Assembly: GCA_050575255.1 (NCBI GenBank)
Contig: JBNZDD010013567.1
Coordinates: 652,842 to 716,841, forward strand
Source of the DNA: Harriotta raleighana
Lineage: Eukaryota
Direction: 5' to 3'
Length of the DNA: 64,000 nt
The notes under the pieces are model-generated. The model was not told the DNA's origin and did no database searches. It worked only from the letters and a program-made list of their open reading frames with translations. The position numbers were made by a program, and so were the translations under genes. This document shows, one piece after another, positions 1-13,018 of this stretch; position 1 is the stretch's first letter, and the number at the start of each line of letters is the position of its first letter.

Positions 1-480
1 TCTGTGCAAAAACATCAACAGCAGGCTGATCTCAAAATATGATGATAAATTCTTGCCTCTGTGATCCACCAATCTGATGTATGAAGCATTTGAATTGGCT
101 CTACCCATTTCGGTAAAATGTGCCCAAGAGTTTTAAATGAGGAAGTAGACACACTGATAGGAGAAATCAAATGATACTGCTCAAGCAGCTGGGTCCAGGG
201 CTCTCAGTAACTTGCAGAGAGAGTGTGAGTCTTGAGAAAGCTTATCCCCTTTGATAAAACTGGTCATTCACCTCATGGCGGTTTGAACATAGGCTGCAGC
301 ATTCGTCCACCAATGCACAGACATGAAACTTCACAATAAATTGGCTGCCTCATTTCCCCCAAAAAACCTTTGGTCAATTCACTTTATAGTATATTCTGTG
401 AATCGCTTTGAGACGTCTCAAGGATGTGATAAGGTGCTATATCAAATGCAAGGATTGTTATTATAACTTTGCAAAGTGAT
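1..480 (+). repeat. 480-bp exact duplicate of 2390-2869 (probable assembly artefact)
   Basis: The two segments read identically, and copy 1 ends exactly at an N (481). Confidence 0.85.
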
Positions 481-744
481 NACAATCCCAAGAAAGGTGT
501 TAGGCAACAACAACTTGCATTTATATAAGCGCCTCTGAAGCCGTATAGGATCCTAGACTTGATCATTCATTTCACAGCTGTTTGTGGGGAAATTGCTGTA
601 GATAAATAAATTGCCATGTCTTTACAGTCAATTCTAGGAAGCGCTTTGAGACATCTTTCTGATGTGAATGGGGCTGTATCAAGTTCAAAGATTGCCAATG
701 TTATTATCATTTCCTAAATGGATTATTTTTCTTTAAACTAACAG

Positions 745-850
745 AGTGCTACAGTACTACTTCTGGAGCTGAAAGATGAACGCTGCTGGTTAAGGAAGTT
801 TCCAGTAACTATGAATGAAGAGTTGGCCAATTGTTCCATTTACTGTGAAG
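745..850 (+). CDS. ZFPM1: ZFPM1/FOG1 internal coding exon (PR-like domain, SATVLLLELKDERCWLRKFPVTMNEELANCSIYCE)
   Basis: Not in the ORF track (too short); read by eye. Acceptor ttttctttaaactaacag|, donor GAAG|gtagg, 106 bp, phase 0 to 1. The peptide resembles the FOG1 PR-domain segment (recalled human LLLVDEACWLRTLPQALTEAEANTEIH) and splices in frame to exon 6519. Confidence 0.85.
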
Positions 851-1519
851 GTAGGCTCTTGATATTAACATTTTAAAGGAAACATTGTTCAACTTCTAAA
901 GATATGTTTTAAAAATCGAACCATTTTCAACCTTAAAAAAAATTATTGCTGTTTAACAGCTAGAAAGCTGTTTAAAATATGGTCATTGAAGTGCTCTTGT
1001 GATATAGAAGTTAAAGCAGAAACTTCACTGTTTGTTTTACTGATGCAACCGCCTACTGAAATATCTTTCTGAGTGTTGAATTTTGTTTTATCGTATTGCT
1101 GTTTTAACACTCGATCCATCCTGTGCCAGTAAGTACAAAGGGAGGGGCGATTTGTTTTTCTTGTATTTTGGTCATCTGCCAACACTCAATGGACTTTGAG
1201 GTGGGTGCGTTAATCAAACTTGTAAAAGTGATTTCTGTTCTTCACATACTGAATTATTTTCCTGTTCTCTATAAAAGCACTGTATGTAGAAAACAGATTA
1301 CCACGGTATTTTTTTGGACAGCCGGATGTCTGACACATAAGAAAACCATGAGGGTGTATTTAGGAGTATGCAAGCCAATAAGTAAGAGTTCCACATAAGT
1401 ATGCCATCTGAACATGGAGTTTTCACTGTGTCTGGAATGGAGTACGCACTCTCTCTGGAGGGGTGCATCCTGCTTACCTAATTACAACACACATGCAGAT
1501 ATAAATATGTTTATATGTA

Positions 1520-1975
1520 CAGTAAAATTCCTTTAATCCGGCACCTGTTAATCCAGAAATCTTTATAATCCAGCATCTGCGACAGTCCATCTTTTTCCAA
1601 TATGCACATCTCTATGCGCATCCTTTCCCAGAGGTGTGTTTAAGACTTCACATCATTCGGTGCATTTTCCTAGGGAGCCCATCACCGATGTCACGTTTAA
1701 TAAGTGCGCATGCGCGATTTAATAAATGCGTGTGCATGCGCAGTTTTATTTTTTTTTAAATTAACTTTCAGCGGGTGTGATGCCTCTTTAGACGGCCCAC
1801 CTGCTCCGCCGGGCTGGGGAGAGCTCTGGTTTTCGCTATACAGGTATGTAACATAAATAAGAGCACAGCACACTCAAATCCTCCCATCCCTAAGAGTAAC
1901 ATCCAATAATCCGTCATATTTGCTAATCCAGCACTGTTTAGGTCCTGAATGTACCGGATTATCAGAATTTTATTA
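1520..1975. mobile_element. Non-autonomous Tc1/mariner (Tigger/pogo-like) MITE, family A copy 1
   Basis: TA|CAGTAAAATTCCTTTAATCCGGCAC ... GTACCGGATTATCAGAATTTTATTA|TA: imperfect TIRs of about 25 bp with TA flanks. The interior is homologous to 12586-13018. Confidence 0.85.
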
Positions 1976-3120
1976 TATACACACATATATATATCACCTT
2001 CTCCGCAGAGTGGGGGGAGCATATTAGGTTCAGATTGACAATGAACAAGGCTCACCTCAAAGTGTGTGTTGAGCTACTGTTGGACTTTGCCTTTAACCAA
2101 AAATGCATTGTGAGTCCTGTCTGGTGAACTTCCTGCTGTTTCCCTGCACTCTGCATAGAGCTGCATTCTTTCATGTGTTTGTCTCTAGGTATCTTTGCCC
2201 ACATCAGTGTTTTCTGAGATTTGGGGTGGGGGTGGGGATTGGAAATTGGAAAGAGAATTGAAAGAAAAAAAGTTACCAACAAATAAATGAAAAGTAAGGG
2301 CGAAGATAAAATTCTGTGGAGGAAAAAGTTGATTTGATTGCAGTGGAGATCTTTCGCTGAATTGCGGAGCTAACAAATCAAGGCACTGCTCTGTGCAAAA
2401 ACATCAACAGCAGGCTGATCTCAAAATATGATGATAAATTCTTGCCTCTGTGATCCACCAATCTGATGTATGAAGCATTTGAATTGGCTCTACCCATTTC
2501 GGTAAAATGTGCCCAAGAGTTTTAAATGAGGAAGTAGACACACTGATAGGAGAAATCAAATGATACTGCTCAAGCAGCTGGGTCCAGGGCTCTCAGTAAC
2601 TTGCAGAGAGAGTGTGAGTCTTGAGAAAGCTTATCCCCTTTGATAAAACTGGTCATTCACCTCATGGCGGTTTGAACATAGGCTGCAGCATTCGTCCACC
2701 AATGCACAGACATGAAACTTCACAATAAATTGGCTGCCTCATTTCCCCCAAAAAACCTTTGGTCAATTCACTTTATAGTATATTCTGTGAATCGCTTTGA
2801 GACGTCTCAAGGATGTGATAAGGTGCTATATCAAATGCAAGGATTGTTATTATAACTTTGCAAAGTGATTTGAGACATTCTGTCACAGACAAATGCAAGG
2901 AATTTAAGATGGACTTTTTTCAAAACAGAACACAAAATGAGTGAACGCTGTTTCAAGGAAGATATAATTTTTTTTTTAATTGCTTGCGTCGTATTGCATG
3001 TCTGCATTTTCTTTCACGTGTAAAAGTCAGGATACAGGTAGACTTTCCTAAGAATTGTTTATCATAATCAAATAAGGTTTCTGTTCTTTCCTGTTTAGTG
3101 CTTTTTCAATCCAAAGATGC

Positions 3121-3254
3121 AACCACGGAACTGTGATAATAGTGAGCTGCCTGGTAGATTGGGGTGATAATGATTTGTCTTTGTAAATCCTTTGTGGTTA
3201 GTAACCAATGTGGTTATGTCACTGTGTGGTAGTGATTACCTTAGAAGTACCACA
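3121..3254. promoter_or_regulatory. Candidate intronic RUNX/GATA enhancer
   Basis: TGTGGT at 3193, 3209 and 3225, ACCACA at 3249, AACCACG at 3121, TGATAA at 3134 and 3165. Confidence 0.4.
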
Positions 3255-4785
3255 ATAACATTTATTTGCATGAGGGGAAAATTGTGAGACGTGAACTCTT
3301 CAGGGTTTTTGTTTTTCTCATGTTAGCCTTGTGAGCTAAACGTTCTATCTGAGATGAGTAGTGTAAATAGTAAAGTCTCCTCTCAGCCTTGCTTGCTGGC
3401 ACTCCTCATAGAAATTCTTCTCTCACCCACCTGCCCCTAATACATTTACGCTTACTTCTATCACCATGGCTTCAGTCTCCTTTCCCCTCCTTGGCATCAA
3501 TCCCCACTACTGTTCTAAAACGATCAGAGACATTACTCCCAAGTGGAGGGCACTATGTAAATGCAAGTTGTTGTTGTTGACTCCATCCTCATTGACCAGG
3601 GCCAATTGGTCTTATACACTTATAAGTTTATAAGATTTAATTATTGAAGATGTGAAGAGTGTTACAGAAGATCCAGTGCATTTTATTTATGAGGAGAGCA
3701 GCTTGTCAAGCCCAAGTGAGTTAATTTCATACATCAAGTGGCGCAAGTGAACTCTGTACAGGGAAATCTTCTCCTCCACTTACTGTTGAAATACTGCAGA
3801 TTGTGGTGCTATTGTGTTAGAAGTAAAATCATTCACTGCTGATGCCTTTGAAGTGTGTTCATGGTTTACAAGCCAGCAGTTTCCTCTACAGGCACAGCGA
3901 GCTGCCTGTGATATTTAAGCACTTCCTATTGACCAGATGAATTTTCTACATATCCTCTTTAGAAGGAGACTGCTTTTGGGAACACCCTAGATATTTTTAA
4001 TGCTGTGTTTTGTACTGTCAGGTGCAAAGGATTTTGGCCATTATCTGAATAACTCCTCACTGACCAAGATAGCCTGGTTTCCCCGCCTCCTGGAATTGAG
4101 CAATGGTCAGCCACGTTCATGTACAACATCTATTAGTACAGAAGGAGATACGGAGACAGGAAGGCCTGTCAAGAGTTTGTGCTTCATGTGTTGACTTGAG
4201 AGGGACACCTAGTGCCCAAATGTTTTATCTCAAAAATAACTGGATGCCCTAGTTATGTACAGAAAAGGGGTCTGTTCTTTAAAAAGCTCTTTAAATTGAA
4301 AAGATTCATTATATGGACCCTGAATGATTCTTTCAACTACTGTGATATTCCACTTGTTCATTTCCAATCTTTGAACTCCAAATACGCAATGCTTATCTTG
4401 ATAACAGATATGCATCAGCTTTTCAGTTTTTTACCCTTTTTGGAGGAAAACTGGAAGGATATCATGATAACCAGGTTTGTCAGAGGTACCTGGATGCTTA
4501 AACTTCCGTTCATCCAATAATGCTGAAGTGGAAACCTGAACGAACTTCACAAGGTCATCTGTAATCTGTTTACTCTGTGATACTATCTAAATTCACGTTC
4601 CTCACTTTGAAAACTTATTAGTTTTATCTTATTACTTCTTCAGTAAGTGAACATCACACTCCAGTGACTGATGCACCTTACTGCATTTCACATTCAGAGA
4701 GAATGCAGTATTAAACTCATAATCAAAATTTTTTTTATTTCTAAACTGATTTGAGTTTATTTTTTCTGGTGCCTGTGCTTTTACC

Positions 4786-5026
4786 ATAATAATAATCCTT
4801 GCATTTGATATAAAGTGAATTTACTGTATGTTTGTGGACAAAATGTGGCAGCCAATTATGCACAGCAGCATCCTACAAATAGTCGTGAATTGAAATTACC
4901 AATTTATGGGGGGAGGATTATTATTAGGTATGTGGAATAAGGAAACTTGCTCAAGGTTTCGCCCTGATCTAACTGGAATTAAACTCGGCTCTCTGTCTTG
5001 TGAGTGCTCTAACCACTGAGTTACAG
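4786..5026 (-). mobile_element. tRNA-derived SINE copy (internally deleted)
   Basis: Reverse complement of the same family: ataatccttgcatttgatat ... gtgctctaaccactgagttacag. Confidence 0.8.
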
Positions 5027-6518
5027 TGGCATGATGATAGTTAATAATGATAATAATATTTCATCTCTGGAATTTTTCTATGTGTAGGTGGGATGCCCAG
5101 AATTCTCAGTTTGGTTAGAGACTCCTAAGCATGGGGATGAATGGGTTTCCACATGTGTCAAGACACCAGGCAGACCGTTTCAAGGCTACTTGAACTCATT
5201 AGGCCGTAGACCGGGTGGGAATGGCTCGGGGCTGGAGGGGTTAGCTTTTTAATATCCTAATGAGGAGCCAGATTAACCCCGTCACTTTGGAGAATGTTTA
5301 CCGGAACTTGCAGAGTTCCTTTGCAGAAGGAATACATTGATTATTCCAAGTTTGTAGAAACTGCGCTTTCCGTGTGGACACCAACATGTCCGATAGTTTG
5401 CTGGCAATTTGTTCAGTTGGAAGTAAAAATCTTTGTTGAACTAATCAATCAATCAATAATTACATTTATACAGCACCTTTCACGTCGGGAGGATGTCCCA
5501 ATTATTAGTTAGATCAATTCAACTTTTGTTGCATGTCAATTGGCTATTAGCTGATGGTTGTAGTAATGGTTTCCGTTTTCATGTGTTTGAGCCTGAACAA
5601 TCATGTGGGTTTCTCTGAACAATCTGCAAAGCAGCTATTCACGACCACAGAAGAAGCTGTGTTTTTACCGAATTATACTGTCTTTTTCTGGTGCTGTAGA
5701 GAACGATTGCTTCGGTATCTTCATTCTGGTATTGCACTATTTTTGTAGGATTACTTTGTGTATGGATGTTGAACAATAAGGATTAGTGTTTGCTATTTTG
5801 TTTCGGGGCTGCCCTCAATGTTAAACATAGTTTCTCCATGCTTCTCTTTCTCTGATTTTGTTCTTTTAAATTCTGAATGTTGTATTATCTTGGTCATCTC
5901 TACTGTCATATCTACCAAAAGAGGAGGATAGGCAGAGCATATGGTGTTTGCAGTTCAGAGCTGGGCATGAGTGTAGTTCATCAGCAAGAAATATGAAAGA
6001 TCATTCTGTGATTTTTGCTGATTCAGTTGCACTGGAGACTGAAATCCATTCAAAGTGCAAGGAATCTAATAACATTGTTCATTAATCATAATTTCTAAAA
6101 CATCAATACTATGATGACCTCAAATCAACAATAATTGCTTGTTAATGGAATCAGAGATATTTGCTGCAGTCTCTCACTTTGTTCAGTAAGTGAATGACCC
6201 ATGGCAGTGTTTGCCTCATTCACCTCGTTGCATTTCACATTTGGACAAGAGATTCTGAAGGTCCTTGAAACATATTTATTGTTTTTATTTGTATAATTGT
6301 TTTGAACCTCACAATTTGGCATGGAGCTTGCTAATACTTTCTGCTAAATTAGGGCTAAGGTTCAAAAATAAACATGCAGAATAAATGTTACTAGCCCACT
6401 GTGAATGTCCACAGTCTACCATTATCTTAAAAATTGTTTGTCTTTATTACATCCCGTGGTGTAATGCTACTCGGAACAATTGATGATTTAATAATGAATA
6501 TATTATTCCCCTGTGCAG

Positions 6519-6764
6519 GTGACCAGATCTGGTGTAAAACGACAAAGCCTATCGCAGAGGGGGAGAACTTAACTGCAATTATTGTTGCTCCGGATCAGAC
6601 CAACAAGTCTCCGAAGTCAAACCACAACGTTAAAACTGAGCTGGTGGAACCCGCAGAGATCTCTGACCCTTCAGCCATGTACCCGGCCACTTTACATTCC
6701 GACATCCAGCTTCTCCCTCAGCAGGCTGGGATGGCTGCCATTTTAGCAACTGCTGTTGTCAACA
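6519..6764 (+). CDS. ZFPM1: ZFPM1 coding exon (end of PR domain, DQIWCKTTKPI...IQLLPQQAGMAAILATAVVN)
   Basis: Acceptor ccctgtgcag|GT, donor AACA|gtaagt, 246 bp, phase 1-1. Contains the FOG-family IQLLPQQAGMAxILATAVxN motif. Confidence 0.95.
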
Positions 6765-7693
6765 GTAAGTTCCAGCGCTTCAAAAAAAAAACTAGGTCTC
6801 ATTAAGTATTGCGATGTCGAAAACATCTTTGTAGTTGCACTGTCTTTTTTGAGCTTTAATCATTGTTGTAGTTTGGTGGTAAAGGCTAAGATAACCAGAC
6901 TGTTAAAAGACTGTCATGCTATCGCACAGTGGGAAAGCAGTCTGTGGCTTTAACATTTAGAATGGGTCTCGTTTTTATTGGTGGCTTCGTGCTGGTTGAT
7001 TCCCAGGCAATAGGTAACTGGAGTGACCTAGAAATGGGGGAGGTGTGTCTACATTCTACAGAAAGGAGGATTCCTATTACAAGTAAACTATAGTTGTATT
7101 AATGTTTGAGAGTTTCTAGGCTTCCCTCCCTGTGTAAGGCCCCTTTTTTTGATACATCAGTTAGTAACATACTAACCAAGCAGATTGAACAAGCTACTAA
7201 GTTGTCATCTGTTTTATTTCTGCTTTGCCAGAAACCTGACTTATAGAAATGTCATGACTTATTACACAAACTGAGAGAAATTTAGCCACAATGTTAGTCC
7301 TTTTAGAATTTTGAAAACCTTTGAAGGAGAAGAAAAGGCTGGGCTGGTGGTTACCTTTTGGTGCATAACACCCTCCACTTCCACTTTATTTTTTGAACAA
7401 TTGGTATCTCCCAGCATTAGTTGTGTTGACATCTTCTCAGTCTTGTGGAACTGTTGTGTTTCTCTGGAGTCCATTCAAAGCGAGGTCTTTTAAACTTAAA
7501 GGATTCAAAAGCACAATACAGTACTTAACCCAACCCTTCCGTCATATTTAAATTGGAGTATAAATTATCCTGGGAGGAGAAAACCAGTTTAAACCAGTGT
7601 TCCTATCCACTTTCTTGTGAAATGTTGTGCATATTGTGTTTTTTCACCCTGTTACAGAATCTTTTCTGAATTTTTTTAAAATTTGTTTTTCAG

Positions 7694-7918
7694 AGGACAT
7701 CTTTCCTTGTAAATCCTGCGGGATCTGGTACAGAAGCGAACGGAATCTGCAAGCTCACCTGATGTATTACTGTGCGAGCCGGCAAAAACCCTTATCTATT
7801 CCCACAGAGGAGAAACCCAAGGAACCGTCACCGCACGAACGCATCTGCCCTTTCCCTCAGTGCAACAAAAGTTGCCCCAGCGCCAGCTCTCTAGAAATTC
7901 ACATGCGTAGCCATAGCG
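7694..7918 (+). CDS. ZFPM1: ZFPM1 coding exon: CCHC finger 1 and C2H2 finger 2
   Basis: Acceptor ttgtttttcag|, donor AGCG|gtaag, 225 bp. Encodes [26 protein letters not shown] and [24 protein letters not shown]; the latter is FOG1-type. Confidence 0.97.
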
Positions 7919-9941
7919 GTAAGATATTCCTCACATCTACACCTTTAACAGCTTTGTAGACTAGAGATCCCGTTTTTATATGAAATAAGAGCAAGGTTTC
8001 AAATTGAAATAACTATTTGGAGTGAAGGGGGTCAAACCAATTCTATCACAGTCTGAGACAAATGTATGTAGAACAACATGGACACTTTAGGTACATTATA
8101 AACACACTCAGCTACAAAACAATGGGAAGATTTTATACTTGTGAAAAGACATGATGGTAATCCATTGGACCTCTATGCTGTAGTTTCTGTAGTTATTGGA
8201 CGGATTCCATTTTTCATCTCACTTCTGCTACATTATAACAAGGCTACATTGTATAGGAATCAGTATATTGTGCAGCACTGTTTCACACCTGGAAACCAAA
8301 AGAATTGGATAATGCAGATTGACTTCAGTATATTAATAGAAGGTGGAAGGATAACTCTCATTGAGGATATTGATCGACTACAAGTCTGTTCTCTGCACAC
8401 AACGATAACATTAGAGGCAGTAAGCGAAACAGCCCTGATCCTTAACAGCTTAAAAAACACTTGTTCGAAGCAATTGCTAATTCTATGATGTCCTAGCATG
8501 AGATATTTAGCATGTTTTTATAATAGGACATTATATACAAAGCAAAAAATGTGGTTCAGATAGTTGTGTTCTGGTATGATAGAAAATATGTTGAGTCATA
8601 GAACCTCAGTTTGTCTCGAAATGTATTATATTGGAACGGCATTTGGCCCACATTGAATGGCTATTGCTGTTCTATTTTGACAGTTTAATGGATATTCACA
8701 TGAAGGAATATAAAGTGAGGTTGCCTTCTGATGGGGATTTATATTGGTGCTTTCCTGGCTTCCTGGTGGGGATTTATATTGCTGCCATTTCTCCTCCCGG
8801 CTCTGGTCAACTCAAAGTTACAAAATAGTGCCCTCTCTTTAGGTGCCCATAGATTTGCTGATCTTCTCTCGATCTCTTACTGGTAACAACAACAGCAACT
8901 AGCGCTTTTCACATTGGTGAAGTTTGACACTTGAGTGAGGGGAGGTGAGGAACGTCTGAAGATCCATGAAACTGTCCAGAAAGAATGTCCGTGGTGTTAT
9001 GCCTCACATGTACTCCTCAAAGGCACTGAGACGTCTGTATTATGAATCGTCTGGGCCGTTAAACCACTTAAACTATAATAGACTGCGTCTGAGTGATGGT
9101 CCTCAAGAAAACTTGGCCAAAGTTGCCATCACTTTCAATGTTCCACAAAGCAAGTAGTGTGGGCAGTGAATACAGTAGTGTGTAAAATGCCTAAAAGCAT
9201 TTGTGAGATATTATCAACTTTAGTCTAAAGAGTGCAGATACCACGGGAACAAGACAGAATAGTTTTACAGGTAATAAGTTGTGCTCTACTAATCTACTGG
9301 AATTCTTTGAGTAGGTAGCCAAATCAGGGCGGGAGGGAGGGAAGAAGGGAGGTAGTGAGGGGCTATAATTTAAATTATACAAGTGAATATAATTTAATAG
9401 GATTTCAAAAGGCATTTGTGGGGCTTTGAGCCCTTTGAGCATTGTCAGCAAGGTGACAATTTTCTACACTGCCTGGTTCCCTAACCTCCTGCTCAAGTAT
9501 CTTGTTGGACATCTAAGATGAAATCTTGCTCTGTTTCTGTGCTGTTGTTTGGTTGGAGTGTTCATTTTCCTAATCAGTTTAATGAAGAGTGTTTGGAATC
9601 ATTCTTTGGTTGTTTGAGAGACAATTTAGACGTGTACAGCGGGAGAAGGTGGCAGACATTCAGAAAAAAAACTAATGTTTTTGATATTCACGATTATAGA
9701 AATTTGGTAAAATTAAGTTAATACAGTAAATGGCATGAGAACTCTTTTTTTAAATAAAAGGCTTGAAATTAGAAAGAAAACTTTTGAGAATCTAGGATTT
9801 TTTTTGCAATTCTTTCAAAAATCCCGGATGCCCATTAATACTGGNCCTTAAGGCTGCCAATGCTTCAAACATCACAAGATTGGTTTGGGTGATGAATGCC
9901 CTTCATCCCATTTGATCACATTCTTCCACATCATCCACCCT

Positions 9942-10408
9942 CTATAACTCTTCTGATATTAATTACACTCTAGTAAATGTTTCCATTAATCAGCAAATTC
10001 AGCTTTGAAATCATACAAAAAGTATGAAAATAATCACTAGCTGAAACCTTGTAGTCGATTTAGCTACATCGAATTGGTAAACAACAAGGGTAAATAGAAC
10101 CTTTTTCTTNTACTTTTCTCGTCTAGTGTTTTGGCTTCAACCACTCACTCTTCCTGGCAACATTTTCCAGTTATTAATTACCCTCTGGCTAAAGCAAAAC
10201 TTCCTGGTATTTGTCCTGAATTCATATTTGGTTTTTAAACCTATAACTCTTCTGATATTAATTACACTCTAGTAAATGTTTCCATTAATCAGCAAATTCA
10301 GCTTTGAAATCATACAAAAAGTATGAAAATAATCACTAGCTGAAACCTTGTAGTCGATTTAGCTACATCGAATTGGTAAACAACAAGGGTAAATAGAACC
10401 TTTTTCTT
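9942..10408 (+). repeat. 168-bp exact duplicate (9942-10109 = 10241-10408), probable assembly artefact
   Basis: Copy 1 ends at N 10110; another N lies at 9845. Confidence 0.85.
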
Positions 10409-11523
10409 AAACATTGCACTAAATTCGCCCAGTAAATGGATATTTTGATAATTTGTTTATCAGTTTGAAAGACTCTTCCATCTGAACATACTTCGCAATT
10501 TCTACAAACAAGACATCATAAACTTGTCATTTATCGGTTTATGGCTAATTTGTACTGAATTGCAACTCTGTCATGACCGCTGAAAGAAGGGTTTAGTATC
10601 TTACAGCCATTGTTGTGGTAGTCAATAGCAGTGGGCGGTGGAGGTATCTGATTCTATGCCTGGTATGTATCTGTCTGAGAAAGCTTATTGATCTGCTTGT
10701 AACCAATCAATTGTTCTATTTAAATTTTAGTCTTTGAACTTGATTTATTAGATTTTTTTTAAAACCATTTAAATTGAGTTTTGGATAATCAGAATTTCTG
10801 TGAGGCTGAATTAATCCAAATGCTCATCCTTCAAATTGATTCAGCACAAATAAATTGCGCAGTTAATGGGAAGCAAAAGTTCCTACCTGGGCAGCCTAGA
10901 ACAATTTGATCTGATCTCTCCCAGAGTGCAATTGGTCACAACATGCAAGAATAATCAATGATTTCAAATCAAATTTCTCAGAATTTGTATGTGGGTGGAT
11001 GTGTACACATCCTGCAATTCTGAAGTTTCACTGTAAAAAAAAAAAGCACTTTATGAATGATAGTTGTGAGTGTAGCGATGTAATCTACTTTTGTCCTGGC
11101 CGGTGCAGTATGAAGGTTGCAAACTAGAAATTTGCAGGTTTGAATCTGCTGAGATTAGTTGATTGCAATCAATGGAGCAAACGGTGCCACAATCATCTTC
11201 GGTTCTAGCTCGGGGAAAATGTCACAGAATTCCTGATGGTGAGAAAACATTTGAGAAAAGCTTCACCAGCCAAAAGTTTAGGGTAACACTGTTATAAGGC
11301 GCTCTCGATAGATAGAGCTTGTGCCTTTATTCATTTGATGCCATTTTGATGCGGTTTCTAATTTTATGGGCTATGATTGAATTTGGTTGTTCCATGCTCC
11401 CAATTGTAGAAAGAGCCATCTTCCCTTGCCAAAGATCTGGAGCTGTTCAGCAGAACTCCGACAATTGCTCTTGAGAGTTCAAATAAGAAAGTTCATGCTA
11501 ATTGATAGTGTCACAAAGTACAA

Positions 11524-11867
11524 CAGTAAAACCTTTGTTATCCGGCACTCTCGGGATCTGACTGGTGCTGAATCGAATTAATCGAATATACCGGATATTC
11601 GAGTGGCAAGTTGCCGAAAATCCAACCATTTTTTAAAAACTTCATTTAAAACATACCATATTAATAACAGAATATTGCGTGGAATATTCCACCGTTCAGT
11701 AAGTTTAATAAGTGTGCATGTGCTACACATGCACAAAGTGAGCATACCGCAAGTGTCCCGGATGGCTACGGTATGAGATCCGGTTGCTGGAATTGTGAGT
11801 GATATTGGGAGATACTGGTTGGTTGAATATGCCGGTTGGTTGGGTACGGATAAACAAGGTTTTACGT
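11524..11867. mobile_element. Related Tigger/pogo-like MITE (family B)
   Basis: CAGTAAAACCTTTGTTATCCGGCAC ... GTACGGATAAACAAGGTTTTAC inverted termini. CpG-rich interior that shares the gtttaataagtg(c/t)gcatg(c/t)gc motif with family A. Confidence 0.7.
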
Positions 11868-12149
11868 TATCATAGAGGTAGGAGAAATCAGACACCTGTA
11901 AGCATACCTTATTCTAGCACAAAGTGACTGATTTGTACACTATGCCCAGGATATCAAGGTCCCTATTGGCTCATTCACCTGTTCATTCACCACAGTAACT
12001 TCATCAAAATAAAGAGCGGATAGGCAGAGGTGATGGGTACAGAGTCATCTGCATTGTCGCTTTCCTCCCACCTCCCACAGAATAATCATTTTCAGTTGTA
12101 TTATCCACCCTGATTTTTAGACTGATGTATGTTATCTTATTGTGCTCAG

Positions 12150-12245
12150 GTGAAAGGCCTTTTGTGTGTCTAATCTGTCTGTCAGCGTTTACAACAAAGG
12201 CAAACTGTGAACGACACCTGAAAGTACACACGGACTCACTGAATG
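12150..12245 (+). CDS. ZFPM1: ZFPM1 coding exon: C2H2 finger 3
   Basis: Acceptor tgtgctcag|GT, donor AATG|gtaat, 96 bp. ERPFVCLICLSAFTTKANCERHLKVHTD is FOG1-diagnostic. Confidence 0.97.
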
Positions 12246-12585
12246 GTAATTTATTTTTTAAACCCCAAGATTTCAGCTGTAAGGCACTCTTAGTTTGTAA
12301 TCTATCCCATGTCTAATATACTTCTTACTCGTGTAGTGACTTGTTCAGAACATAGGATACTATTCCGCTCATTGGTTCCCTTAAATGTGCCATCTTCAGT
12401 CACTAAGCAAATACTCAGATATCAGTGCTAATCAGTATTTACCAGTCTCTGAAACACCCAGTTGAGATTAAGGACTGGAAAAAAAGAAAGGAAAATCATA
12501 CAAATATTGTAATCACTTACTGTCTAGTTTTCTCTGAAATAAATCCTATGGAAATAGTGTTGTTTTTTTTTAAAAAAACAGAGTA

Positions 12586-13018
12586 CAGTAAAAGTCCTTT
12601 AATCCAGTATTTGATAATCCGGAAAGCTTTATAGTCTGGCATCTGCAACGGTCCGTTTATTTGCAATCTGCGCATCTCCAGGAGCATCTCTTCCCAGAGA
12701 TCCTTCACACTACTTGGTGCATTTTCCTTGGGGGCCCACCACTGACGTCACGTTTAATAAGTGCACATGTGCTTTAAAATATATATTTTTTAATTTAAAA
12801 AAATTAACTTTCAGTGGGTGCGATGCCTCTTTAGACAGACCTCCTGCTCCACCAGGATGGGGAGAGCTCTGGGTTTCGCTATACACATATGTAACATAGA
12901 TAAGAGCACAGCACACTCAAATCCTCCCATCCCTAAAAGTAACAACCAAAAATCCGGCATATCCGCTAATCCGGCACCGCCTAGGTCCCGATCGAGCCGG
13001 ATTATCAGACTTTTACTT
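12586..13018. mobile_element. Tigger/pogo-like MITE, family A copy 2
   Basis: TA|CAGTAAAAGTCCTTTAATCC ... GGATTATCAGACTTTTACT. Colinear with 1520-1975; both give the same spurious minus-strand peptide (LLLGMGGFECAVLL). Confidence 0.85.

Noticed and set aside
1768-2055. Similar short ORFs at 1768-2055 and 12811-13035 suggesting a small gene family
   Set aside because: The similarity comes from two copies of the same MITE.
9942-10408. Biological direct repeats or LTRs (also 37388-37582)
   Set aside because: Exact identity with breakpoints at N bases points to assembly joins; there are no TG...CA ends or primer-binding site.
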